Source: Camelus dromedarius (taxonomy: Eukaryota). Taken from it: a stretch of 64,000 nt of DNA. The notes under the pieces were generated by a model. It was not told the DNA's origin. It searched no databases and saw nothing but the letters and a program-made list of their open reading frames with translations. The DNA lies in the NCBI RefSeq assembly GCF_036321535.1, contig NC_087437.1, positions 36,396,001 to 36,460,000 on the forward strand, written 5' to 3'. How positions within the stretch are numbered: position 1 is the first letter of the stretch; each line of letters begins with the position of its first letter. Below, one piece after another: positions 52,741-64,000 of the stretch. A program made the position numbers and the translations under genes.

Positions 52741-55619
52741 TTTCCTTAGGAGGATGTTCAGAAGAAGGATATTGTTGGATATTGTTTGGGTGTTCATTAA
52801 CCCAGAGTTTTGTCCATTTTTTCAAAGTGATGGAAACATTCTTCTAGTGAATTTCTGTTGCTAATATATAATATATTATAGACATACAATGAATTTTGAG
52901 AAAATAATTTTACTGCACAGTTCTAACATATCAGTATGACTTTTGCTTATTTTGAAAATATAAAAATATTACAATATACTTTTGAGAAACTTCTCTATAA
53001 AAGCTTACATTTTTAATAAAAAACTATACCCCCTACAATATTAGATAATCAAATAGTAAATATTACAAAACATACCTCACTTTAATTAAACCAATCTGGA
53101 GATCATCAGCTTTCTAAAGTTTATCAAAACAAATTCGAGTAAAATTGATAAATGGGTCAATATATTTTGTGTTAATTTAAAGAACTCATAGTTGTGTTAT
53201 TAACTTGTAAACATTGATTTTTCTGTAGAATAAATCTATTTTAGTCTGAGATAATCAATAATAATTTATGGTCTAAATAATTTTGAAACACATATTATAG
53301 ACTTGCTTAGCTACTAATTATGATGCAATGAACAAAAATCTATTATGTAAATAGTTTCACTTATATCATTGTATGGATTAAAATTTTAAATATTTGAAAG
53401 AATAACATATATTCAACCTGTAAAGCTTTTTCACAAATTTTAGTTAAGAATTTAAAATAAAAGATAAAATCCATGTAACAGTCTGATACAAAAGATAAGA
53501 CTGGATCCTATTGCATAATAAATAAATTGGCATTAAAAAAATCACTAAATGAAATGCAAACATTTCAGATATGAGGTGATTAGCAGGAGCTTTCAGCGCT
53601 TTAATACAGAATAACTTGCTTTAAATCCCTAAACCCTGTGGAGTTTACCAGAAAATGGATTCAAAGGGCCAGCTCAGGTGTGCACTTTTACATTACTGGG
53701 GAAATAGATACTTATCCCAGTAGCCTTGGTCCCTCCTAGTTTTGATTCAAGGCTCTATTCTTTATTGAAAGTAGATTTTTGTCAACTTCAAGAATAAACA
53801 CTTATATTGACTCTCTTTTCATTGTCAGTAATTTGTAAATAATATTTTATACATAGTTGGGGAAATTTTGCTAGGTACAGTATGTTGAACTGGACCAGTT
53901 TTAGATGTGAAAAGGACAGCTGTGTCAACAGTTAGGCCAACAGTTAGGACCAAACATCACCAATCTTGATAAGACATAAATAACCCAACCTCAGGATCTC
54001 AAGATGCATGAATGAGTAACCATTATAAATGGAAACTACAGAAAGTATGTAACAACGAGCATGCTTATTTCCCTGTTGTTAAAGATTTTGCATATCGCTC
54101 ATAAATATTCTATGCAGTCTAATTTGTACCCAGCTCTCAGAAATGTTATGATCCTCCAGTTACACCAGACCTACTATGGCTCAGAAATATACCGCCTAGC
54201 CATCTTGATTTCTTATGCATTATGATATTATGTTGTTTTCTGGAATAAGATCACATAGACCTGGCTCTGTGAGTATAAAGAAGGGTTGTACATAAGCTCT
54301 TCCCCCAAAAAACTCACAGAGATTAACTTTTATGGAAATCATCATGTGTCCTGTACTTCCGAGAACACCATGTCTGTGCTTCCCACTGAGTACTAGCCAG
54401 GAGAGCCTCATCTCTGATATCTGCCACTCTCATTGCTCATGCAAGCAGTTATATCACTGTCTTACTAGAAGCACACATTTATGACTAGTTTGGAGCCTCA
54501 GTGCATTACAGCTAGATGGCTGGGCAACCCATTTTCTTCAAAGATTTTAATTCCTTTTTTTAACAGCGCCTGGACAGAGAACAAATCTTCTAATTCCCCA
54601 ACATTTAAAAAATGTATGATATATATCAGAGTATTTACTCTGGCTTTATAAGCATCATGATTATATTTTCATACTTAAAAATAGCAACCCTACTGCTAAA
54701 AAATAGCTTAAAGAAATAAATCAATATGAACATGAAGAATACAAGAAAATATTCAATAGAGTTGTACTTATAATAACCAAAAACTACATAAAATCTAAAT
54801 ATATGGGACAAGTTAATGCATCTATTACTATCACATATCAGCTCAGTGAAAAAGGCTCAACAACTATGAAGACTAAAAATATTAAAATTTGCTTTTACAG
54901 TTCTAAATAAGCAATAAGTATTAGCCTCATCTCTCTTTCAAACTCTATCATCTTACATGTGCATATAGACAACTTTTTTGTATTATACACAAATGAATTT
55001 TGAATGTACCAGTTTTGAATAATTCTGTATGAATTTTGTTATATTACTTTTTTCTTAATGGAATGTATTATTATTAGTATAAAATATATTTTCAAAGTGT
55101 TTGCAAAAGAAACTAGGTAAACACATTGATATTATAATTTACCATTAATTATGATCAAGTTACAGCTGATGGTAAATTATTTATGTGTTAAGCACTCAGG
55201 TTGGTTAAAAAAAGCAGTGTATGAAATAGCTCCTTCATAATAAGAAGCCCAGCATTGACCAAGAAACTTAATTTAGTTCTATGGACTTTAGGCATATTCA
55301 TTTACTACCCAGCCCTTAAAATTTCTCAAAGGTAAAATAAATTCCCCTTCCCTTCTAGTGTTATAGAACATATATATTTGAGTATGTCTGGTGTGTATTT
55401 GAATATGTGTATGTGTGAGTGTGTATGAAATTTCTCTTTAATCCTTGTTTCATGAACACTTTGCTAAGTATGTAAATATATTTATGTATGAAATATCTAA
55501 AGACTATTATGAAGTTGCATTTAAAACATTTCTAGGTTGAGTTTCTCTTAATGTGGCGCAGGTAGTTTCAGGAAGCAAATGTTCCTGTAATGTGGAATAA
55601 GCAGCCTATAAAGTAAATG

Positions 55620-55900
55620 CTTCCATTTATTCACTAATACCCAGTTGTCCACCAACGGCATTATAGCCACTTTGCTAAACAGGGAACACAAAGATTAGAA
55701 AGACGTGATCCCTGTCCTTGAGTAGCTCACCTTGGTGAAGGAAGACAAAAAAAAAAAAAAAAAAAAAAAGTCCTCATCTGTGAAGTACAGAGCTATGGAA
55801 GAGGCATGAACAGAGTGCTGTGGAAGACTTCAGGACGTGAGCTGGGCCTTGAGGGAAATGCAGATTTCAAATGAGACGTAAGAAGAAAAACACTCAGGAA
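55620..55900 (-). mobile_element. L2 3' region with an internal A-tract (55747-55769)
   Basis: ccatttattcactaatac...agacgtgatccctgtccttgagtagctcac...tgagctgggccttgaggga. Confidence 0.75.
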
Positions 55901-56301
55901 TTAAAAAGCACTCAAAATAATTTGTTTTATCCTTCATGACTTTTTGGCAAAATATGCATTATTTTAATTAATAAGAATGCATGCCACGTAAAACTTAACC
56001 ATTGTCAAAACACAGTATCAAAGCTTGCTTCAAAGGATACATTTTAAGAAGAAAATTAAATTAAATAGGAAGCTATTGCAACTGAGGAGGGAAGGAAAGA
56101 AAGTTATAAAGACCTGAATTTTAAAAACAATTACAAATAAAGAGGAATGCTGAGAGTTTCTTATTTATTTCCATGAAACAATGAGCTTCTGGGAACACAA
56201 GGTTGTCAACTGTTACCTCATTTCTCCCTGGTTTCAGTATTTTAAAGGATTTGGGATTACATTCCAAATAATGCTCAGCTGATTGTTCCTGGTTTAATAG
56301 T

Positions 56302-56707
56302 TGAATTAGTCAGCTCAGGCTGTTATCACAGAATACCACAGACTGAATGACTTCAGCACAGAAAATTTCCTCACAATTTTAGAGGCTAGAAGTCCAAGAT
56401 CAAGGTGTCAACAGGTTTGGTTTCTCTTGACGACCCTCTTTGTGGCTTGCAGATGGCTGCCTTCTCTCTGTGTTTTCACGTGGTCTTTTTTTACTATGTG
56501 CATATACCCCTAGTGTCTTCCTTTTGTGTCCAAATTTTCTCTTCTTATAAGGATACCAGTCAGATTGGATTAGGGCCCACTCTAATGACCACATTTTAAC
56601 TTAATTGCATTTTTAAAGACATTCTCCAAATACAGTCACATTCTTTGGTACTTGGAGTTAGGGCTTCAACATGGGAATTTTAGGGAGACACAATTCAGCC
56701 CATAACA
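56302..56707 (-). mobile_element. MLT1A-like solo LTR
   Basis: gaggctagaagtccaagatcaaggtgtcaacagg...cacaattcagcccataaca; near-TSD ATAGT/ACAGT. Confidence 0.9.
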
Positions 56708-57296
56708 ACAGTGGAATATGAAACTCCTGTAGAAGCAAGACTCTGGGTTGTTCGAGATGCAGGGCCCAGATACAGAGTTGAAAAAAGAATTCTTGGCATC
56801 TGAGAAAGAGAGAGGAAAATGAACCCTCACTATATGAGCTCTTCTCTCACTCCCTTACAATATTTTTCACTACAAATTCTTCCTCAGTCTATCTGTGGAT
56901 CTAATTGTTAATCATTCTTCTTTTTGCTTATTCTCTTTTTAATTCTAAATCTGTCTCCTTATCCCTTGGCTTTACCTTGTCAGTACTGAAATTAAAAAAA
57001 AAATACTGTATAAACAAACATGTATCATTGCTTAATGCCAAGTTTTTCATTTTGTTTTGTTTTTAAAAATTAGTGAAAAGATGGCAGGCAATCATTGCTA
57101 TTTAATTTGTTAAATTTTCAAAAACCAGATTAGTATAAATTGAATCAAAGAAATGTTACCTTGAGAATTTTCTCTTCAGATATTTTTATGTAAAGATGAC
57201 CAAACATGCATGCATTATAGAATATTATTCACATACAGTTTGATGTATAATCTGTTCAACATTTGTAATTCAGTTATGGCCCAGTTATCAGCACTC

Positions 57297-57298
<2 letters not shown>

Positions 57299-57336
<38 letters not shown>
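57299..57336. repeat. (TG)19 microsatellite at the tail of an L1 3' end
   Basis: Seen directly. Confidence 0.95.
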
Positions 57337-57340
<4 letters not shown>

Positions 57341-57580
57341 CATATATACATATATGTATATTGAAGTATAGTCAGTTTACAATGTTGTGTCAATTTCTTA
57401 TGTACAGCACAATACTTCATTCATGTAGGAACATACATATATTTGTTTTCATATTCTTTTCCACCATAGGTTACTACAAGATACTGAATATAGTTCCCTG
57501 TGCTGTACAGTGTAAACTTGTTGTTAATTATTTTATGTATATTAGTATCTGCAAATCTCAAACTCCCAATTTATCCCTCT
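57337..57580 (-). mobile_element. Short lineage-specific L1 3'UTR
   Basis: attgaagtatagtcagtttacaatgttgtgtcaattt...gaatatagttccctgtgctgtacag...tctcaaactcccaatttatccct. Confidence 0.88.
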
Positions 57581-58494
57581 TATTTTAATCCCTTCTGTCT
57601 CCTTTCAGTCTTTGTCAGAGAGATTATTCTCTTGTATTAGGTTACTCAGTGACAATTTAAGAACCGGCAAAGTTTAGCTTTCTGTTTTCCTAGTTCAAAC
57701 TCCTAAAAGAGGAAACTTTTTGTCCTTTGCTAATCAGAAAACTGTGAAAGATTCCCTTACTTCTGTAGAATGGTTCAACTTTTGTTGCTCTGACTTTTGT
57801 TCAGCTTTATGTACTTAGTTATTATGGTGTGGATAGTTATGTTGACTCCTAGATTTTTGCAAGGCATAGTAACTCCAAGACTGATTCTGAACTCAAAAAA
57901 ATTTTTTCTTTGTTCTGTAGAATTTATAAAAGTGATTCAAATTCCTGTTTACACTTTTAAATACTTTTCTGACTGCAGTCTTCCAGCATTTCACAATTTA
58001 ACGAGTATATTCTGTCTAATTTCAAATGGGGTAGTGGACCACACAGGACACATTGCCTATTTATACCTTTGGTGCTATTCCTAGGAACCAGAAGGAGTAG
58101 GTTTGCTGTTTTCATTTATTCCCAGTCCCCTTCATTAGTCCTTTTAAAAGAAAGAAAATCAATTTTTATAAGCTAGTCAAATTAAAATTACTTATCTCCT
58201 TGAGTGCAGGTAATCCCTTAAAATTCCCAGGTAAGAGTACAAGATATTTGAATATTTCTTTTCACGAAGGGAAATAATCAATCTACTGTGGAAAAATAAA
58301 GCAGCATATGACTCATAATTTCTAATCATTAAATTAATGAGTAAAAATAACACAAATAATATAGCCACATTTGTTCATTTTCCATTTGTATGCAAATGCT
58401 AAATATAAGTATGCAAATACTAAATATAGTAACAATTGTGTTGGAATTCACTATTTACAGACTCTGCTAGCTGTTGGGGCACACTGGGGATACA

Positions 58495-59222
58495 GTGTTT
58501 GTTAAGGTATTTGGCCCGTATTTAAATCCGATTGTTTTCTTATTGTTGAGCATTAAATGTTTTTTGTATATTTTGGATGACAGTCTTTTATTGGGTGTGT
58601 ACTTTCTAAATATTTTCTCCCAGTCTGTGGATTATCTTTTCATTCTCTTGACATTGTCTTTTGCAGAGCAGAAGTTTTTAATTTTAATGAAATCCAGTTT
58701 ATCAATAATTGCTTTCAAGTATCATGCCTTTAGTATTGTATCTAAAAAGGCATCACTATACCCAAGGTCATCTAGGTTTTCTCCTAGATTATCTTCTAGA
58801 AGTTTTATAGTTTTGCATTTTACATTTAGGTCTGTGATCCATTTTGAATTCATATAGAGTGTAAATTCTTTGTCTCGATTCATTTTTTTTTTCTCACATG
58901 GATGTCCAGTTCCAGCCCTATTTGTTGAAAGACTATCCTTATTCTATTGCATTGCCTCAATCCTTTGTCAAATATCAGTTGACTATATTTATGAGGGTCT
59001 GTTTTGGGTTCTCTAATCTTTCCACTGATGTATTTGTTCTTTTGCCAATGCCACAGGGTCTTACTGTAGCTTTATAGTTAGTCTTGAAGTTAGGTAACAT
59101 TAATCCTTCAACTTTGTTCTTCAGATTTATGTTGACTATTCTGGGTCTTTTGCATATAAACTTCAGATTCAGGTTGAAGATATCCATGAAATAACTTGCT
59201 GAAATTTTGACTGGGATTGCTT
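58495..59222 (-). mobile_element. L1MB/MC ORF2 3' fragment
   Basis: ttttgcagagcagaagtttttaattttaatgaaatccag; minus-strand ORF reads KNKVEGLMLPNFKTNYKATV. Confidence 0.88.
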
Positions 59223-59649
59223 TTGAATGGAGCTGGTCTTGGCTGACAAAGTAGTCCTTCTTTTGTGCAGATTCATAATCTGTGACACGTACTCACTGCT
59301 GCAAAAGCTCTCACCTGAAGCCTTAATCTGGATGATTGCAGGGATGTACTCAGTTTTTTAAAATTCATCAAGCTGGGTCTTCAGGATTTGTGCATGCTTT
59401 ATCTATGTATGTTTCAATAAAAAGTTTGCTTAACCCATTTTACACTGTTGAATTTAATTGGTTAATTAGTTTAAACTAAAGTTATTTTTCCCCACTCAGG
59501 TTGTTGGGGATTTGTGAGGAATAACGTATCAGATATAAAAATGAAAAAGTTAACCTTAACTTTTCTTATCTATATGTAGTGCTGTGTTTAGGTTCATAGC
59601 TATATATGTGCATATTCATATGTAACTTTGTAAAGAAAGAACTTTGTAT

Positions 59650-59840
59650 TAAGCCTGAATTTATTGTGAATCCAGTTTTGGCAGTCAAAATCATGACTTG
59701 TTATGAACTGTCAAAATTTATATTTCTTCATCTTTAAAAGAGTATTATTTACCCTCTGTAGTTATATCTGAGATATTTTTGAAATAGTGTAAATGAAAGC
59801 ATGAATACATGATAGGAACTCAGTACATACCATTCCCTTT
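59650..59840 (+). mobile_element. MIR SINE
   Basis: tttcttcatctttaaaagagtattatttaccc...gtgtaaatgaaagc...gataggaactcagtacat. Confidence 0.55.
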
Positions 59841-60319
59841 CCTCTTTGTTATTTTTTAAAACTTTGATTGATTTATTTACTTACAGAGAGTTCATTTTTT
59901 AAAGAGCAGTTTTAGGTTCATAGTAAAATTGAAAGGAAGACAGAGATTTTGTTGTTGTTGTTTATTTAAAGGATTTGAAGTTGCTCATATTTCTATTAAA
60001 ACTATATTCCTTGATTTTCATCTCTGTAATTTGGATAAAAACATTATCAAATATTTTCAAACTATGAATATCACCCATTGAATAGTAGAAAAAAGGAAGG
60101 TTCTCTCTAATTGTGTTGGCTACCAAGAAACTGTTAATCAGCAGGTTTGCCTTGATATCTCTGCCAGAAGTACCAGTTGTGGTTTAACAACTGGGTCACC
60201 TTCTTAACAGCTTTATTATACAGTAGTTCCTGTATTTTCTTGATGACAGATTTAAAGCATTTTGTGAAAGCAATAATTGTACTGGGACTACAGCTGGCAG
60301 GCGTCCTTGGTTTAAAAAA

Positions 60320-60320
<1 letters not shown>

Positions 60321-60366
<46 letters not shown>

Positions 60367-60368
60367 GA
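60321..60368. repeat. Compound (TA)8(GA)12 microsatellite with short GA extension
   Basis: Seen directly. Confidence 0.95.
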
Positions 60369-62009
60369 ATGAGGTTGCTATAATACTTTTCACTGTTAAA
60401 AGGCAAATGAAGCAGCCTATGTAGTTTCACTAAGGAATTACAGTCTCTAGCACTGAAACTAATTAAAATAGTTTTGAATAGTGAATTGTTGTTCAGTCTT
60501 TCCAAGTGTAAGTTAGCAGGATCATCATGAAAATTTTTCCTGTTTGTTTTGTTTTGGATTTCCAATACCAGGGGGATGCTGCTAACACACCAAATAAAGG
60601 AGCCATGCAATTAGTCATGTGGGTGTATTTAATTCATTGAAATTCATCTTTCGAATGAAAATGAAACAAGGCAAATAATTCTAACTCTTTAGAAAAGACC
60701 TTAAAGGAAAGGTAGACTTGATGTTAAATTTCTGTTTCTTTCTTACTGTAGTGTCTTGCATATTGGTCCTTATTGTTAAATAAATATCACAGAGATACAA
60801 TGACTTCTTACACAAATTTAGCTGGCTGTGTTTTATGATGGAATAACTCCTTACTCTGTATAAAATTATTTTCTCACCTGGTCACCAAGGGTTCATCATT
60901 CTTTCATTGGGGAAAAGTATGATAGTTTGGAATTCAGTATTTAGTTGAAATGCCTACTTCCTTAGGACAGGGAAGCTTTGGTTAGACTGCTAAAGTATAA
61001 ATGTTTGAAATTGTATTATTTTCTAAGAGGGCATTGATGTAGAGAAAGTTTCTATATCTTCTAGAACTGGGGTGAGAGTGCAGAAATGATAGACTTGGCA
61101 CAGTAAAATTGACTAATTTCATAAACCAGCAAATATTTATCAATTTTCTAAAAAAATGACATGTCACAAAAATATTCAATTTTAAAATGCAATAGATATC
61201 ATTTAATATTTATTGAGAATATACTATAAATGTGTTGACATGTCTAGAGTCACTGTTTTAAAATAATGTCATTGTATAATCATCAGAGTGAAAATCTTTC
61301 AAAGGAATACAATAGAGCATGATATTCTATGCAATTTATTATAAATATACATACATAAAAAGAAGACAAAAATTTAACACACAAATTTATAACTTGAACA
61401 TTAAGTATTGTGCAATATTATAGGATTCAATGAGTATAGTTTGTGTGGAATGTACCTTTTATATTGTTGCTTTTTTTTGTATTTTCAATATCCTTTCAAT
61501 TTTAAGATTCTTTGAAAACACCAATAACACTAGATATTTCTCCAATATTAAATTATGAAATTTTATGTTGTTATTATATTATTATATAAATATGATGTCT
61601 AATCACTTTTAAAGCTCTTACCTATAAGTCTCAGAAATCTAGTATTATTAAAGTAATGTAATTTTCATTCGGTTTTTTCCAGTTTCATATTTTTAACATG
61701 AGAACATAATAGAAAAATGAGTCTCCAATAAACTAAGCTTGCTAAAGAGAGACTGTTATAACTTCAAGGTGATTATGGAAGGAGATCTGAATAAATATGA
61801 GCTTTAAAATACATACTAAGTCACTTGTATTTTATTAACTATGTGGACATCTAGCTTAGTTAGATGAAGAATATTAGCCAATTTTACTCTAGAAGTGTGT
61901 TTTTTCTCACTTTAGTCTATGTATCTCTGTAATAGATATAATTTTTATTTTATGTAAAATTATACAGCTTTCTTGAATATTATTACAGAAATATTCCTGG
62001 AAACATGTA

Positions 62010-63172
62010 ATGAAAGATCCCATAGATTACAGAACTAAATGTACAACTACAAAACTTCGAGAGGATAACATGGGAAAAAATGTTTATGGCTTTGGTTTAA
62101 CCAAAGATATCTCACATATAATGTTAACAGAATGATCAGTGAAAGAAAAAAATGATACATTGGACATCATCAAAATATAAATTTCATCTCTTCAGAAAAT
62201 AATTATTTTAAGATAATCAAAAAAACCAGACTGTGAAAAATTATTTGTAATCCATATACTTGATATAAGGGTTGTATCTACAATATATGAAAAACTATTA
62301 AACTAAATAAAAGGGAAGGGGGGAAAGCAACCATATAAAAATGGGCAAAATATTTGAATAAGAACTTTGCCACAGAAATATATGGATGACAAACAAGCTC
62401 ATGAGTAAATGCTCAATATCATTAAACAGCAGAAAAATAAAAGCTAAAACTACAATTATGTATCTCTATACACATATTAAAATGGCTAAAATTAACATGA
62501 TAGACTATACCAACTGTTGGAAAAGATGTACAGGAACCAAAATTCATGTACACTTTTGGTGGTAGAAATGTTAACTCATGTAACCACTTCAGGAAAAAAA
62601 TGGCAATTTCCAAAAGTGTAAATATATTAATTATGATCTAGCCATTCCACTCATAGGTATTTGTCCTAGAGAAAAGAAAGTTTACATCTTTAATATTTGT
62701 GTATGAATGTTCATAGCGTCTTTATTTGCAATAGCCCCAAACTGCAAAATGTCCAAATATTCATTAACAAATAAATGGATACGGAAAATTGTGGTGTAGT
62801 CATACAATGAAACACTAATCAGTAAACAAGAGAAATGAACTATTGAGACACAAAAGAGAATGGACAAATAAAAATGTTAAGCCAAGTGAGATAAGTTAGA
62901 CAAGAGAGTACACATTACATCCTCTTTCATATAAAACTCTAGAAAATGCAAACTATAGTGACAAAGAGCAAAGCAGTTGCTGCTTGAGGGAAGTAGATGA
63001 GGAGGGAGAAGGGAATGCGTATAAAAGGGCATGAAGAAACTTTTTAGGGGTAAAAGATATTCTCAGTATTGTAGTTTTGGTGATAATTTTACTGGTGTAC
63101 TCATCTGTCAAAGCTTATCAAATTATAATATGTGCAGTTTATTGTGTGTTAATTATACCTTGGTAAACCTGT
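62010..63172 (+). mobile_element. L1MC/MD/ME 3' end (ORF2 C-terminus + 3'UTR)
   Basis: atgggcaaaatatttgaataag; tatgatctagccattccactcataggtattt; tgtgcagtttattgtgtgttaattatacct. Confidence 0.85.
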
Positions 63173-63479
63173 TACACAATTCATAAGGTAGGCAAGAGAG
63201 GGAGGGGGGCATTTACCTCTACAAGAGGGCTAACTGCTGACTTCAGTTACCTTTGAAGTACTTACTTGTATTGAGGGTCCTTACAATATCAAGAGACATT
63301 AGCTTATCCTTAGATAGTCTAGTAGTTTCTTCTGGTAACTACATGAAAAGATAGGGTTTTTATCAGGTGACGCTTTGTTAATTTACTTATGTGGTGTATT
63401 AAATATAATTAAAAGTAATAATTTTAGATATGTTTATCAAAGTACCTTATTAAAATTTAATGATAGCTTCAGTGTCATA

Positions 63480-64000
63480 TTAGTGAAAAAATAGACAAAT
63501 CAATAGAACAGATTAGAGGGCTCAGGAATAGACTCATAAATGCAGTCAATTGTTCTTTGACAAAGGGGTGAGTGCTATAAAATGGAGCAAAGTTTAACTT
63601 TCAAAAAGGGTGCTGGAGCAACTGGACATTTACATGTGAAAGAATGAATCTAGACACAGACCTTATACCCTTCACAAAAATGAACTCCAAATGGATCACA
63701 GACCTAAATACAAAGCTAAGAAACTCCTAATTTTGGTGAATGGATAAACTGTAATATGTATACAGAAATGGAATACTATTCAGTGATAAAAAGAAATGAA
63801 CTATTAAGTCAAGAAAACACATGTAGGACACTTAAATTCATGTAACTGAGTGAGAAAAATTAATATGAACTATATGATTCCAACTACATGACATTCTAGA
63901 AAAGGAAAACTATGGCAACAGTAAAAAGATTAGTCATTGATAGGGGTAAAGGGCAAGGGAGGCATAATAGGCATCAGATAGACAACTTTTAGAGCAGTGA
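63480..64000 (+). mobile_element. L1MC/MD 3' fragments with internal deletion
   Basis: atagacaaatcaatagaacagattagag; tctagacacagaccttatacccttcacaaaaat; tatatgattccaactacatgacattctagaaaagg. Runs off window end. Confidence 0.85.

Noticed and set aside
54100..54540. Possible very old LTR (TATAAA near 54273, GC-richer patch)
   Set aside because: Termini and family could not be identified by eye; needs a Dfam HMM search.
60134..60610. 158-aa minus-strand ORF
   Set aside because: It runs through the (TA)(GA) microsatellite (SLSLSL, YIYIY) and has no recognisable domain.

Overview
AT-rich, repeat-dense mammalian (eutherian) genomic DNA, intergenic or deep intronic. I found no supportable host protein-coding gene, RNA gene, CpG island or CRISPR array. 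The ORF track is explained by LINE-1 ORF2 and ERVL pol remnants plus chance ORFs. Repeats include old L1M/HAL1 fragments, L2, MIR, MaLR/ERVL LTRs and internal sequence, hAT and Tigger DNA transposons, and several younger L1 3' ends. Those young L1s, with no Alu, B1/B2, BovB/Bov-tA, PRE-1 or Can-SINE seen, suggest a cetartiodactyl, most likely a camelid (inference, from memory of consensus sequences). Three structures stand out, all read directly from the sequence. (1) A 331-bp tract is 100% identical between two otherwise ~5%-diverged L1 copies 17,252 bp apart (24657-24987 vs 41909-42239), a probable ectopic gene conversion. (2) The L1 at 40415 carries three successive A-rich tails and ~1.05 kb of apparently transduced unique DNA, and the whole unit splits an older L1M 5' region (serial 3' transduction). 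(3) A compact twin-primed (5'-inverted) L1 insertion has a 17-bp TSD at 10418-10783. Repeat subfamily names are by eye, and boundaries of old elements are approximate.
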